From positions 16,928,001 through 16,992,000 of the forward strand of contig CM075990.1 in the NCBI GenBank assembly GCA_038087875.1: 64,000 nucleotides of DNA, written 5' to 3'. A model generated the notes under the pieces. It was not told where the DNA came from. It worked only from the letters and a program-made list of their open reading frames with translations, and did no database searches. The translations under genes were made by a program, and so were the position numbers. Of this stretch, positions 56,101 through 64,000 are shown one piece after another (the stretch's first letter is position 1; the number at the start of each line of letters is the position of its first letter). Source of the DNA: Malacoraja senta. Its lineage: Eukaryota.

Positions 56101-58522
56101 CTGCCTGACCCGCTGAGTTACTCCAGCACTCTCTCTTTTGTTTCCTGAACCCCAAGAACATTTCAAGGGAAGTCACAAAATCAACGGCCCGGAGTTAACT
56201 CTTTACCAGACCCTTTACGTGGTTGGCAGGCAGGGAAAGGGCATTCTTGGCTGAAGTACGATGTCTTTAATCAGCAGCTTACCTATCTGAAGTGGATCTT
56301 TAACCGCTCGCACTCTGAAGAGTTGGTCTCCTCGTTGGAACTCATCGGCACTGCCATTAGCCAGGCATGAGTACAACCTGAGGACAAGATAAGAGCACTT
56401 CATTATGTTAGAAGCAGAACATCTCGCAATGCAAGGTGGTGGACACTGCCCGCTCCATCACAGGTACTGACCTCCCCACCATCGCAGGCATCTACAGGAG
56501 ACACTGCCTCAAGGAGGGCATCAGCATCATCAGAGACCCACACCACCCAGGCCACCCTCTCATCTCACTCCTGCCATTGGGAAGAAGGCACAGGAGCCTG
56601 AAAACTGTATGGTCCAGCTTCAGGAACAGCTTCTTCCCAACAACCATCAGGCTATTGAACACAACAAACACCAACCAAACTCCCAACTACAAATCACCAG
56701 CATTGCACTCTGCACTTGGAGGCATATTATTTGTCTTTGCACTATGTTCTGTTCTAGAGCAGTAACACACAATGTCCGTGCCTGCTCACGCCCCATGTCC
56801 CTGCATATCCATGTGCCTATCTAAAAGTCTCTTGTACTCCACGACGGCATCTGCCTCCATCACCTGGCAGTGTGTTGTAGGCACCCATCACTGTGTCAAT
56901 TACTTGCCCCGTGCATCTTCAGGGCATGGTAAGTAGTGACTGAGGATCAATGGCACCAGCTGTGAGGGCCAATATTCCAACAGGAAGCATCAAACATTGC
57001 AGTCTAAACCTCTCGGCTAATCTTGGAGGCTAGCAGTGTGCGACAGCTCATTAGATCTGGACATGTGCCCAGGAAACAGCACAGAACAGGTGGAACACCC
57101 CTTCATCTCCCCACTAGTCTCTTCCTCCTACACTCATCCAGCTACTTAGCCATTGGATTAGTCAACGATCTGATCTGCTCAGCCTTATGGACGTCACGAG
57201 TAATTCATGTCAAGGTTAGAAAACAAGGAACTGCAGATGCTGTTTCGGGTCCAGCCCTGAAACGTCATCTATCCATGTTCTCCAGAGATGCTGCCTGACC
57301 CGCTGAGTTACTCCAGCACTCTGTGAAACGTCACCTATCCATGTTCTCCACGGATGCTGCCTAACGTGAAGGCTGCCTGATGGTTTTGTGCAAGAGGCGG
57401 GCAACTGGAGGTCCCCAACAAGACTAAAGCCGATGCTCACTGCTGGCTCCTGGAGCTGAAACTAGGCAGTCAGGGAAACCCCCAGCTGGGCTGGCCCAAC
57501 ATACAACATGTTAAACATACAACACATTAAACATACTACCTACAAATAAGCTCTGTACTACATAGACAGCAGCATTGGGATTGCCTTTTTGCACTATTAT
57601 TGTCACTATATACGCTAACATTAGTGTGAGTGTGTGAGCGAGAGTGTGCAAGAGTGTGTGTGTTTATATATAAGCTAACACTATTATATGTGTATATATA
57701 TATATACACATATATATTTTATATATATATAATGTATATATATAATGTATATATATATATATATATAATAGTGTTAGCTTATATAATAACAAATATATAT
57801 ATATGTGTGTGTATGTATATATGTGCGTGTATATACACACACACACGCTCACTTAACTTTCTTTTTCTCTCGTTCATCACATTGTTTACAGTGTACTATG
57901 TTTCCATATTGTGTTGAGCTGCAGCAAGTAAGAATGTCATTGTTCTATCTGGGACACACATGACACTAAAACACTCTTGACTCTGAAGTGGCAAATGCTG
58001 CTTCATGTGTGTGCTGGAGATAGTGGAACAAGCAGAGGTTTAGTTTAGTTTAGAGATACAGCGTAGAAACAGGCCCTTCAGCCCATCTAATCTGCGCCAA
58101 CCAGCGATCTCCATTACACTAGCCCTATCCCACACACACTAGGGACAACTTACCATCTTTACCGCAGCCAATTAACATACAAATCTGTATGTCTTTAGAG
58201 TGTGGGAGGAAACTGGAGCACCTGGGGGAAACCCCACGCAGGTCACGGGGAGAATGTACAAACTCCGTACAGACAGCACCCGTAGTCAGGATCAAACCCA
58301 GTCTAGATCTGGGCTCGGTGGCAACTGGCTTGCCATTGACGGGATGAGGTGCGTTTGAGGTTTATTACCTGATGTCTTCCTCGTTCTCAGGGAAACTCCA
58401 GAAGGCAATGCGTAGTTGCAGCTGCTCAGGAACCGGAGGGTAAACCTTCTCGACCACCTCAAAGGGAATGTGGAGGGCTACCTGCTTGGCAGACAGCTCC
58501 ACCAGAGGGGTCACCTGACCAT
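22914..58522 (-). CDS. ZSWIM8: ZSWIM8 (17 coding exons visible; exon 1 outside window; several exons missing in gap; six 1-bp frameshifts)
   Basis: BC-box PLVELSAKQVA, SWIM finger CSCTCGAGAKWCAH, C-terminus LWQRISLEMATFSP*. All exons are bounded by AG/GT and are collinear with the recalled human ZSWIM8 protein. Confidence 0.96.
24510..24688 (-). CDS. ZSWIM8: ZSWIM8 penultimate exon (G)VNYVYQFCMGAAKGVLSPFVLQ...QAYMQ
   Basis: ctccag|GTGTG...ATGCAG|gtaaac, 179 nt. Confidence 0.95.
25184..25383. other. Assembly gap (200 N)
   Basis: Run of exactly 200 N, a placeholder size. Confidence 0.99.
25384..25739 (-). mobile_element. CR1/HER1-type LINE fragment abutting the gap
   Basis: RLIPGMAGLSYAERMERLGLYTLEFRRMRG. 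Confidence 0.85.
26162..26400 (-). CDS. ZSWIM8: ZSWIM8 exon ~16 ILDKLLDRESQTHKPQTLSSFYSSSKP/AASQKSPSKHG...EGSAP (one base missing at G-run 26319-26322)
   Basis: ctgtag|ATTCTG...CCG|gtacgt; homology switches frame at the C4 run. Confidence 0.88.
26497..26750. repeat. Degenerate minisatellite
   Basis: Recurrent TAGAGCTGTGTAGATGCGCATAGTC. Confidence 0.85.
27332..27457 (-). CDS. ZSWIM8: ZSWIM8 exon ~15 (G)MKTTVSEAEHPLLCEGTRREK/GDLALALMITYKDDQAKLKK (one extra base ~27390-27395)
   Basis: gtcag|GCATG...AAAAAA|gtaagt; 126 nt observed versus 125 needed. Confidence 0.92.
27731..27988 (-). mobile_element. HE1-like V-SINE
   Basis: Reverse-complement copy. Confidence 0.8.
28465..28562 (-). CDS. ZSWIM8: ZSWIM8 exon ~14 (V)VSPTGSRP/PSRNRNNEMPGDEELGFEAAVAAL(G) (one base missing at 28536-28539)
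   Basis: tcacag|TGGTC...CTGG|gttgag; 98 nt observed versus 99 needed. Confidence 0.9.
28597..29172. repeat. Minisatellite (CACACGGGGTCACC-type) grading into 8 perfect copies of CCACTAGAGGTCAC
   Basis: Direct reading; fills almost the whole 662-bp intron. Confidence 0.95.
29225..29407 (-). CDS. ZSWIM8: ZSWIM8 exon ~13 VKLAYQESEIV/ALLKKIPLG...FIFDVLCTP (one base missing at ~29375)
   Basis: ccag|GTTAAA...CCAG|gtaatc; 183 nt observed versus 184 needed. Confidence 0.92.
29541..29819 (-). mobile_element. Penelope-like 3' fragment with pLTR inserted in a CR1 remnant
   Basis: KLEEQHLIF remnant; hammerhead core at 29605-29632; GGGATTGACAGATTCTT duplicated on both sides. Confidence 0.8.
30085..30472 (+). 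mobile_element. CR1/HER1-type LINE 3' fragment
   Basis: Near-identical to 60587-60975. Confidence 0.85.
31283..31462 (-). CDS. ZSWIM8: ZSWIM8 exon ~12 GKKNKVSTHKQT...ELQRPPASTKALE
   Basis: ttctag|GGCAAG...GAG|gtaagc, 180 nt, intact. Confidence 0.95.
31536..31687. mobile_element. hAT-Charlie-like MITE
   Basis: TIR CAGGGGTGTCAAACTC / GAGTTTGACCCCTG; flanks GTCTAGAT and GAGTAGAT fit the NTCTAGAN target preference. Confidence 0.7.
32140..32443 (-). mobile_element. HE1-like V-SINE
   Basis: Reverse-complement copy with a short internal duplication. Confidence 0.8.
32509..32640 (-). CDS. ZSWIM8: ZSWIM8 exon ~11 VLFACAEALYAHG...NPPDLKVEQPQTK
   Basis: cctcag|GTCCTG...AAG|gtgaga, 132 nt, intact. 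Confidence 0.95.
32968..33605 (-). mobile_element. Rex1/Babar-type LINE 3' fragment
   Basis: AVESILSGNITNWFGNSSAQDRKALQSVVRSAE...RSFFPQAIR; (cttga)n tail. Confidence 0.75.
34247..34512 (+). mobile_element. Internally deleted Penelope-like element with pLTR
   Basis: GIY-YIG remnant; hammerhead core at 34383-34410; 12-bp TSD TGTCAGTCACAG at 34235-34246 and 34513-34524. Confidence 0.8.
34716..35698 (-). CDS. ZSWIM8: ZSWIM8 large exon ~10 RKELCAHLRQW...SSEDSSLEPDLAE...DDDYQVYYLN...LKPLDQENRME (one extra base near 34974-34980)
   Basis: ttacag|GAGG...ATGGAG|gtattt; 983 nt; homology is split between ORFs 34843..35727 and 34689..35165. Confidence 0.92.
35728..36022 (-). mobile_element. HE1-like V-SINE
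   Basis: Reverse-complement copy ending about 30 bp from a ZSWIM8 acceptor. Confidence 0.8.
36672..36903. mobile_element. PIF/Harbinger-like MITE
   Basis: TIR GGGCCTGTCCCACTTG...CAAGTGGGACAGGCCC with long internal inverted arms; 3-bp TSD TGA. Confidence 0.75.
36965..37140 (-). CDS. ZSWIM8: ZSWIM8 exon ~9 IIGWWYSVRTSASHSS...LAVLDPTMSPQ(R)
   Basis: ccgcag|ATCATC...CAAAG|gtaaaa, 176 nt, intact. Confidence 0.95.
38531..39136. repeat. Minisatellite, 16-bp unit CTCGGGAACACTGACA with an optional 8-bp sub-unit
   Basis: Direct reading, about 30+ units. Confidence 0.95.
39461..39661 (-). CDS. ZSWIM8: ZSWIM8 exon ~8 DVNSLYLSSTEPPAAAEW...DSNAAP/LLEILTDQCLTYEQ (one base missing at 39502-39504)
   Basis: ccgcag|TGATG...GAGCAG|gtaatg; 201 nt observed versus 202 needed. 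Confidence 0.92.
39702..39842. repeat. G-rich repeat (GGGGCA/GGGATA)n
   Basis: Direct reading. Confidence 0.9.
40260..41065. repeat. G-rich minisatellite, ~55-65-bp unit
   Basis: Unit ...GGAAGTGTTAGGGATGGGGGGGTTGGGGAGGGAGTGGGGGGTTGAGGGCAAGGGGGAGAG... Confidence 0.9.
41075..41195 (-). CDS. ZSWIM8: ZSWIM8 exon ~7 (D)PTAGPSASDQSTWYLDES...GPSPVVF(S)
   Basis: tggcag|ACCCA...TTCAG|gtaact, 121 nt, intact. Confidence 0.95.
41783..43093 (-). mobile_element. Cluster of CR1/HER1-type LINE 3' fragments
   Basis: TRGHRLRI...FFSQRVV..WNSLP frames in several nested pieces. Confidence 0.75.
43220..43270. repeat. (CAATCC)n microsatellite
   Basis: About 8 copies. Confidence 0.9.
44117..44394 (-). mobile_element. 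HE1-like V-SINE
   Basis: Reverse-complement copy; inverted partner at 44627-45055. Confidence 0.8.
44814..45018. mobile_element. Fold-back Penelope pLTR-derived element nested in an HE1-like SINE
   Basis: Inverted arms around the hammerhead core at 44924-44951; 14-bp TSD TGGTGGGCCGAAGG at 44800-44813 and 45019-45032. Confidence 0.8.
45103..45184 (-). CDS. ZSWIM8: ZSWIM8 exon ~6 ILPTAQRLLDELLSSQSTAINTVCGAP
   Basis: ctgcag|ATCCTC...CCAG|gtaact, 82 nt. Confidence 0.95.
45310..45827 (+). mobile_element. Rex1/Babar-type LINE 3' fragment
   Basis: MVQFYTAIVESVLTFSIMVWFGS...DPSHPGHKLFESLPSGRR; AATAAA plus short-repeat tail. Confidence 0.75.
45922..46247 (-). mobile_element. Tx1/L1-type LINE 3' end
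   Basis: Minus frame CLPLFRGCVRARLVLERDYALSTGTLGDFCDRWA, followed by an AT-rich UTR and an A-tail. Confidence 0.6.
46248..46780. mobile_element. GC-rich non-autonomous hAT (Blackjack-like) DNA transposon, left end truncated
   Basis: Ends in TGGCAACCC (reverse complement GGGTTGCCA) with multiple subterminal TACGGGAC motifs. Confidence 0.55.
47778..48275 (-). mobile_element. Rex/L2-type LINE 3' end with 3'UTR (tail family recurs at ~9230, 11510, 24790, 34525, 49690)
   Basis: DRKKLQRVVDAAQTIT...LLPSGK...[15 protein letters not shown]. Confidence 0.7.
48676..48711 (+). ncRNA. Minimal type I hammerhead ribozyme motif in a Penelope pLTR (best-formed copy)
   Basis: aggt-CTGAAGA-A-GGGT(CTCG)ACCC-GAAA-CG-TC-acct: core boxes, stem II, palindromic ACGT at stem III, 4-bp stem I. 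Confidence 0.65.
48863..48970 (-). CDS. ZSWIM8: ZSWIM8 exon ~5 ASAVCLRAPVSESLSRLQRDQLQKFAQYLISELPQQ
   Basis: ttgtag|GCATCT...CAGCAG|gtaggc, 108 nt; not shown in the ORF track. Confidence 0.95.
49061..49233 (-). CDS. ZSWIM8: ZSWIM8 exon ~4, SWIM zinc finger (G)FHLSATVV...CSCTCGAGAKWCAHVVALCLFRIHN
   Basis: gatcag|GATTC...AAC|gtgagt, 173 nt; CxC...CxH motif. Confidence 0.96.
50020..50345 (+). repeat. 66-bp tandem array derived from the Penelope pLTR (about 5 units)
   Basis: GAAAC at 50020, 50086, 50152, 50218 and 50284. Confidence 0.9.
50617..50886 (+). mobile_element. HE1-like V-SINE
   Basis: V-domain and tail. Confidence 0.8.
53752..54008 (+). mobile_element. HE1-like V-SINE
   Basis: tRNA head, V-domain and tail. 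Confidence 0.75.
54145..54652 (+). mobile_element. CR1/HER1-type LINE 3' fragment
   Basis: CVQFWSPDLRKDILAIEGVQR...[10 protein letters not shown]. Confidence 0.85.
55878..56133 (+). repeat. 66-bp pLTR-derived tandem array (about 4 units)
   Basis: Same unit as 50020-50345. Confidence 0.9.
56283..56377 (-). CDS. ZSWIM8: ZSWIM8 exon ~3 LYSCLANGSADEFQRGDQLFRVRAVKDPLQI(G)
   Basis: cctcag|GTTG...ATAG|gtaagc, 95 nt. Confidence 0.95.
56418..56750 (+). mobile_element. Rex1/Babar-type LINE fragment
   Basis: VVDTARSITG...DPHHPGH...LLPLGRR...FRNSFFPTTIRLLN. Confidence 0.7.
57624..57850. repeat. (TA)n/(GT)n/(CA)n quasi-palindromic microsatellite
   Basis: AAGCTAACACTATTATA...TATAATAGTGTTAGCTT inverted around TA runs. 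Confidence 0.85.
58039..58300 (-). mobile_element. HE1-like V-SINE
   Basis: Reverse-complement copy. Confidence 0.75.
58369..58522 (-). CDS. ZSWIM8: ZSWIM8 exon ~2, BC-box/cullin-box region (D)GQVTPLVELSAKQVALHIPFEVVEKVYPPVPEQLQLRIAFWSFPENEEDI(R)
   Basis: atgtag|ATGGT...ATCAG|gtaata, 154 nt; not shown in the ORF track. Confidence 0.95.
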
Positions 58523-59148
58523 CTACATAACAGACAAAGAGATTGCAACCAGGATTATTAAACCATCTTCATACAGCATTAGGAACATTATCACACAACA
58601 ACGAGCCTCATCTTTACCAGAAATGCCATTAAAATGGTAAGGATGGCCCAGACTATTTACAAGGATGTTGTCAGGACTCAAGGACCAGACACAGGAACAG
58701 CTTCTTCCCTGCGGTAATCGGACTAGTGAACGGTCATGTCAGGAGGTCCAGGAATAGTCTCCGTCCTCCAACCTACCCCATAACAGCCCTTGAACTTTTT
58801 TTAAATCTGCACTTACTCCACAGTTGTGACACTTTCATGCTGTAACACTATATTGTGCTCTCTGCTATTTGTCTCCTTGCCCGGTTTGATTGTACTTGTG
58901 TGTGATGTGATCTGACTGGATCGCACGCAAACTACTTTCTCACTGGATCATCAATAAACCAATACTAGTAGCAATAATGCAGCATGAGCAAACACCACGG
59001 CAATATATATATTTTTTTGCTATGGAAATATTTGATGCACAAAATACCCCACAAAGAGCTGGAGTAACTCTGTGGCTTGGACTGGTCTCTGGAGGGAATG
59101 GAGAGGCAACATATTGTGCCGGACACTTCTTCACACTTTGATACAGGG

Positions 59149-59373
59149 ACACACACACACACACAAATAAACAGCTCACTGTAATATATAAACCCTCAAT
59201 CACACACTCACACTCACACTCACACACACACACTCACACACACACGCACTCACAGCTCACTGTAATATATAAACCCTCGATCACACACACTCACACACAC
59301 ACACTCACACACACACACACTCACACTCACAGCTCACTGTAATATATAAACCCTCGATCACACACACACTCAC
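59149..59373. repeat. Composite (CA)n plus CAGCTCACTGTAATATATAAACCCTC x3
   Basis: Direct reading. Confidence 0.85.
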
Positions 59374-60377
59374 GTCTTGGAACCATGTGATGGAACCAGT
59401 CATACTTAGCAGGTTCCAAAAATAACCTCTGCCGTAAAATGCTCGCCACTGTTCCAATGAGTTATTTCTGTGCATGGAGTGGCTTTGTGTAGAATGGAGC
59501 AAGCAATGCTCCAAAGAAATGAACGATGCTTTAACTCTTTACTTCACCTTGAATGGAGATAGATTAAAGCTACCCAGAACTATCAGAGTTTCCCAGTGAC
59601 CTACGCCATGCCACATGTAACCACAAGGACAAATCTCAGCTTGCTGGGAGCACGGGATTAAACAAACCCAGGAAGCAGCACTCGATCCACACAGAGCTGG
59701 CCAATCACTCTGTCCTGCCCCGGCCAAGACCAGGATTACAGCGGCAACAGAGGGCAAGGTCGGGATGAAGCATTAAATTCAGATCCTCAGAAAGCAGATA
59801 CAATAGAACCCGTTGCAATGGAGACACAAGGAACTGAAGATGCTGGAACCTTTAGCAAAACACAAAATGCTGGAGCAACTCAGCGGGTCAGGCAGCATCT
59901 ATGGAGCGAAGGAATAGGTAACGTTTCGGGTCAAGACCCTTCTTCAGACTGTTGAAGGGTCTCGCCTATTCCTTCGCTCCATAGATGCTGCCTGTCCCGC
60001 TGAGTTTCTCCAGCATTTTTGTCTACCTGCGATGTATTGTTACTTTATTGATCGTTTTTTTGCATTTTACTTGTATTTTGCTTCCATTGTTATTTGTGTT
60101 CCTCAGCATGTGCTTTGTCCATTCATTGATCCGAAACCTTGAGTCCATGCATGGATTTCCTCACAGCCCCAAATGATGAAAACGTGAACACAGTTTTAGT
60201 TGGTGAGTTGGATGGTGAATAATTCCCTCCCATGAGAAGCAAGACAAAGCCCTGGGTGTTGTTCACTCAGGTGTGGGCGGGCCAACAGAGGCAGGAGTGT
60301 TTAAGAAGGAACTGCAGATGCTGGAAAATCGAAGGTAGATAAAAATGCTGGAGAAACTCAGCGGGTGAGGCAGCATC

Positions 60378-60975
60378 TACTGCAGTTGTACAGGGTCTTG
60401 GTGAGACAACACCTGGAGTATTGCGTACAGTTTTGGTCTCCAAATCTGAGGAAGGACATTATAGCCATAGAGGGAGTGCAGAGAAGGTTCACCAGACTGA
60501 TTCCTGGGATGTCAGGACTTTCATATGAAGAAAGACTGGATAGACTTGGCTTATACTTGCTAGAATTTAGGAGATTGAGAGGGGATCTTATAGAAACGTA
60601 CAAAATTCTTATGGGGTTGGACAGGCTAGATGCAGGAAGATTGTTCCCAATGTTGGGGAAGTCCAGGACAAGGGGTCACAGCTTAAGGATAAGGGGGAAA
60701 TCCTTTAAGACCGAGATGAGGAAAAACTTTTTCACACAGAGTGGTGAATCTCTGGAACTCTCTGCCACAGAGGGTAGTTGAGGCCAGTTCATTGGCTATA
60801 TTTAAGAGGGAGTTAGATGTGGCCCTTGTGGCTAAGGGGATCAGGGGGTATGGAGAGAAGGCAGGTACGGGATACTGAGTTGGATGATCAGCCATGATCA
60901 TATTGAATGGCGGTGCAGGCTCGAAGGGCCGAATGGCCTCTACTCCTGCACCTATTTTCTATGTATCTATGTATC
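60378..60975 (+). mobile_element. CR1/HER1-type LINE 3' end (ORF2 C-terminus plus 3'UTR)
   Basis: LLQLYRVLVRQHLEYCVQFWSP...EGVQRRFTRLIPGM...RRLRGDLIETYKI...TRGHSL; (tctatgt) tail. Confidence 0.9.
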
Positions 60976-61314
60976 TATGGAGCGAAGGAAATGGCAACGT
61001 TTCAGGCCGAAACCCTTCTTCAGACCGACTCCAAAGAGACAGGAGGCTGTTTAATCCGAAGACAGGCACAAAGGTTGGGCGGCATGGTGGCCTGGGTTCG
61101 ATCCTGACTACGGGTGCTGTCTGTACGGAGTTTGTACTCTCCGTGACCACGTGGGTTTTCTCCAAGATCTCCGGTTTCCTCCCACACTCCAAAGACGTAC
61201 AGGTTTGTGGGTTAATTGGCTTGGTATGAATGTAAAATTGTCCCCAGTGTGGTGTTAATGTGCGGGGATCGCTGGTCGGTGCGGATTCGGTGGGCTAAAC
61301 TAAACTAAACTAAA

Positions 61315-61772
61315 AGCTGGAGTAACTCAGCGGGTCAGGCAGCATCTCCGGAGAAAAGGAATAGGTGATGTTTCGGGTCGAGACCCTTCTTTACACTGAG
61401 AGTCAGGGGAGAGGAAACAGGAGATATAGATGATACTTAGGAGAAATGAACAGAAGATAAGCAACGATAATCACGGAAAGGTGGAGCCCACAATGGTCCA
61501 TTGTTGGCTGTGGGGTACATGATAACGAGTTAGGGTGGGGAAGGGACGGAGAGAGAGAGGGGATACCAGGCTTTACTTGAAGTTAGAGAAGTCAATGTTC
61601 ATAACGCTGGGGTGCAAGCTGCCCAAGCTAAATATGAGGTGCTGTTCCACCAATTTATTTTAGGCCTCACTCAGACAATGGAGGAGGCCCAGGGCAGAAA
61701 GGTCAGTGTGGGAATGGGAATTGTTTGGCAACCGGGAGACCAGGTTGGCCAAGGCCGACTGAGCAAAGGTGT
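61315..61772 (-). mobile_element. Penelope-like 3' fragment (older subfamily)
   Basis: Degenerate GIY-YIG tail ([24 protein letters not shown]) plus pLTR. Confidence 0.7.
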
Positions 61773-62124
61773 CAACAAAATAGTGTTCCAAATCAGAAAC
61801 ATATTTGTAAAAGATGGTGACAGGCTCCTTCAAATTCTCTACAGCTGAACCACTTGGGCAGTGTCCTGTACAGTAAGATTGTGTGGCAATGGATTTTTGT
61901 AAAATTTAAAACAGGTAAAATAAATCTAAATAAATCTGAGCTAAGCAGTGATCCAGATTTCAGCTATGCAAGCATTGACAGCGAGTGTATTATGCAAAGA
62001 ACTTTTCAGTTTGAGTTTGTAAGGTAGATTGCTTCCTTCATGAACCTTGGTGAAGAGATAAGCACCACCTTGGATACAGACAATGTTATCTATACAGTCC
62101 GTTCATGCGATCTTACAGTTTCAA

Positions 62125-62410
62125 TTTAGTTTAGTTTAGAGATACAGTGCGGATACAGGCCCTTCAGCCCACCGAGTCCGTGCCGACCAACGATCCCCGC
62201 ACACTAACACTATCCTACACACATCAGGGACAATTTTACCACGGGATTAACCTACAAACCTGCCCATCTTTGGAGTGTGGGAGGAAACCGGAGCACAACC
62301 CACGCGGTCACGGGGAGAACGCACAAATTCCGTACAGACAGCACCCGTGGTCAGGATCGAACCCGGGCCTCAGGCACCGCTAGGCAGCAACTCTAACGCT
62401 GCGCCACCGT
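62125..62410 (-). mobile_element. HE1-like V-SINE
   Basis: Reverse-complement copy; further family copies near 2157, 6511, 10012, 30675, 61078 and 62997. Confidence 0.8.
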
Positions 62411-62721
62411 TCCTATCCTCTCACCTACATGGTTCAGGCAAAGTCGTGTGTGCCATTGTTTGATGCAAAACCACTTGGAATTAATCAGCAGCAGATGGCA
62501 TTATTACAATTGAATAACTATGCTAATCAGTTTTTGATGGCTTCTTTGATAAACCTGTGGAGATTATACTGAACTAACACTGGTGAAACATGACTACATC
62601 AGGAGACATCCACTGACAGTAGATACAAACATGCTCCCAAACCAAGTTGTTCCATTACAGTGCGGAAATAAGGAACTGCAGATGTACAAAAAATGTTTGA
62701 AGAAGGGTCATGACTCGAAAC

Positions 62722-62878
62722 CTCACCTATCCACCTTCACCTATCCACCTTCACCTATCCACCTTCACCTATTCACCTTCACCTATCCACCTTCACCTAT
62801 TCACCTTCACCTATCCACCTTCACCTATCCACCTTCACCTATCCACCTTCACCTATCCACCTTTCCACCTTCACCTTC
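62722..62878. repeat. 14-bp tandem TCACCTATCCACCT inside a pLTR remnant
   Basis: Starts directly after a degenerate hammerhead core (62697-62722); pLTR sequence resumes after the array. Confidence 0.85.
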
Positions 62879-63616
62879 TCCTAGGATGCTGATTTACTCC
62901 AGAAATTTGTGACTTTAATCATTTATATAAGGCCTTACAGCAAGGATAGCCCCCTGGCAATTCAAACTAAGACGGGAGACACAAGGAACCCAGTTTGGCG
63001 GCAAGGTGGCACAGCGGTAGAGTTGCTGTCTCACAGCGCCAGAGACCCGGGTTCAATCCTGACTACGGGTGCTGTCTGCATGGAGTTTGTACCTTCTCCC
63101 CGTGACCTGCGTGGGTTTTCACCGGGTGCTCTGGTTTCCTCCCACACTCCAAAGACGTACAGGTTTGTAGGCTAATTGGATTCGGTAAAATTGCTTTAAA
63201 ACAGGCGGAAAATTATAGTGCCTTCTGAAATAAGCAAATAAATCAAAGCAAATTAAAATACACTAAACATTTTGAACAGGTCTGGATAGGAAGGGTTCAG
63301 AGAGCTATGGGACAAATGCAGGCAAATGGGACTAGCCCAGTCTGCCCACTTGGTCGCCATGGACAAGGTGGATTATATAGCAAAGATCCTATAGCGAGCA
63401 AGATTGTCCACTCGACGAAAAAGACGTAGTACGGTCATGGGCAGATTCATGGGGAATTTCAGGCCCCATTTCCGTAACCGGCTTCCGTCTCAGCACCAAA
63501 GATCCCATAGCAGAGCAAAAGATAACTAGTGCGGAGACGGAAGTCAGTTGCGGAACATCCTCGTAAAAATAAAAGTTATTTGGTAAAAATCTTCTCCTCA
63601 TTTTCAGAATTTTAAT

Positions 63617-64000
63617 TTATTTGGTGGCAAAAACGGGAAGGCAGACTATTATCTAAATGGTGGCCGATTAGGAAATGGGGAGTGCAGCGAGACCTGGGTG
63701 TCATGGTACACCAGTCATTGAAAGTAGGCATGCAGGTGCAGCAGGCAGTGAAGAAAGCTAATGGTATGTTGCCCTTCATAGCAAGAGGATTTGAGTATAG
63801 GAGCAGGGAGGTTCTACTGCAGTTGTACAGGGTCTTGGTGAGGACCACACCTGGAGTATTGCGTACAGTTTTGGTCTCCAAATCTGAGGAAGGACATTAT
63901 AGCCATAGAGGGAGTGCAGAGAAGGTTCACCAGACTGATTCCTGGGATGTCAGGACTTTCATATGAAGAAAGACTGGATAGACTTGGCTTATACTCGCTA
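63617..64000 (+). mobile_element. CR1/HER1-type LINE ORF2 fragment running off the window
   Basis: QRDLGVMVHQSLKVGMQVQQAVKKANGML...; nearly identical to the copy at 60378. Confidence 0.9.

Noticed and set aside
22914..58522. Calling ZSWIM8 a pseudogene
   Set aside because: All lesions are homopolymer-type indels near a contig end, with no nonsense codons, GT/AG ends retained and high protein conservation.

Overview
This is vertebrate genomic DNA, almost certainly from an elasmobranch (skate or ray), judged by dense HE1-like V-SINEs, CR1/HER1-type, Rex/L2-type and Tx1-type LINE fragments, and Penelope-like elements. It holds two convergent (tail-to-tail) multi-exon genes. The last 7 coding exons of NDST2 (heparan sulfate N-deacetylase/N-sulfotransferase, sulfotransferase domain) lie on the + strand at 3072-20807. 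Seventeen coding exons of ZSWIM8 (SWIM-finger Cullin-RING adaptor for target-directed miRNA degradation) lie on the - strand at 58522-22914. ZSWIM8 exon 1 is beyond the window, and a large block of its exons must be hidden in the 200-N gap at 25184-25383. Six ZSWIM8 exons next to that gap carry 1-bp homopolymer frameshifts, most likely assembly errors. The most notable non-coding signals are: (1) a Penelope-derived family carrying minimal hammerhead-ribozyme cores, found as fold-back hairpins with TSDs and as 66-bp tandem arrays phased on the ribozyme; (2) a perfect 107-bp template-switch inverted duplication; (3) a ~47-bp copy of the NDST2 3'UTR inside one of its own introns; and (4) exon-hugging minisatellites with motif content. 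Exon numbering and comparisons to human proteins are from memory, not from a search. Repeat boundaries are approximate.
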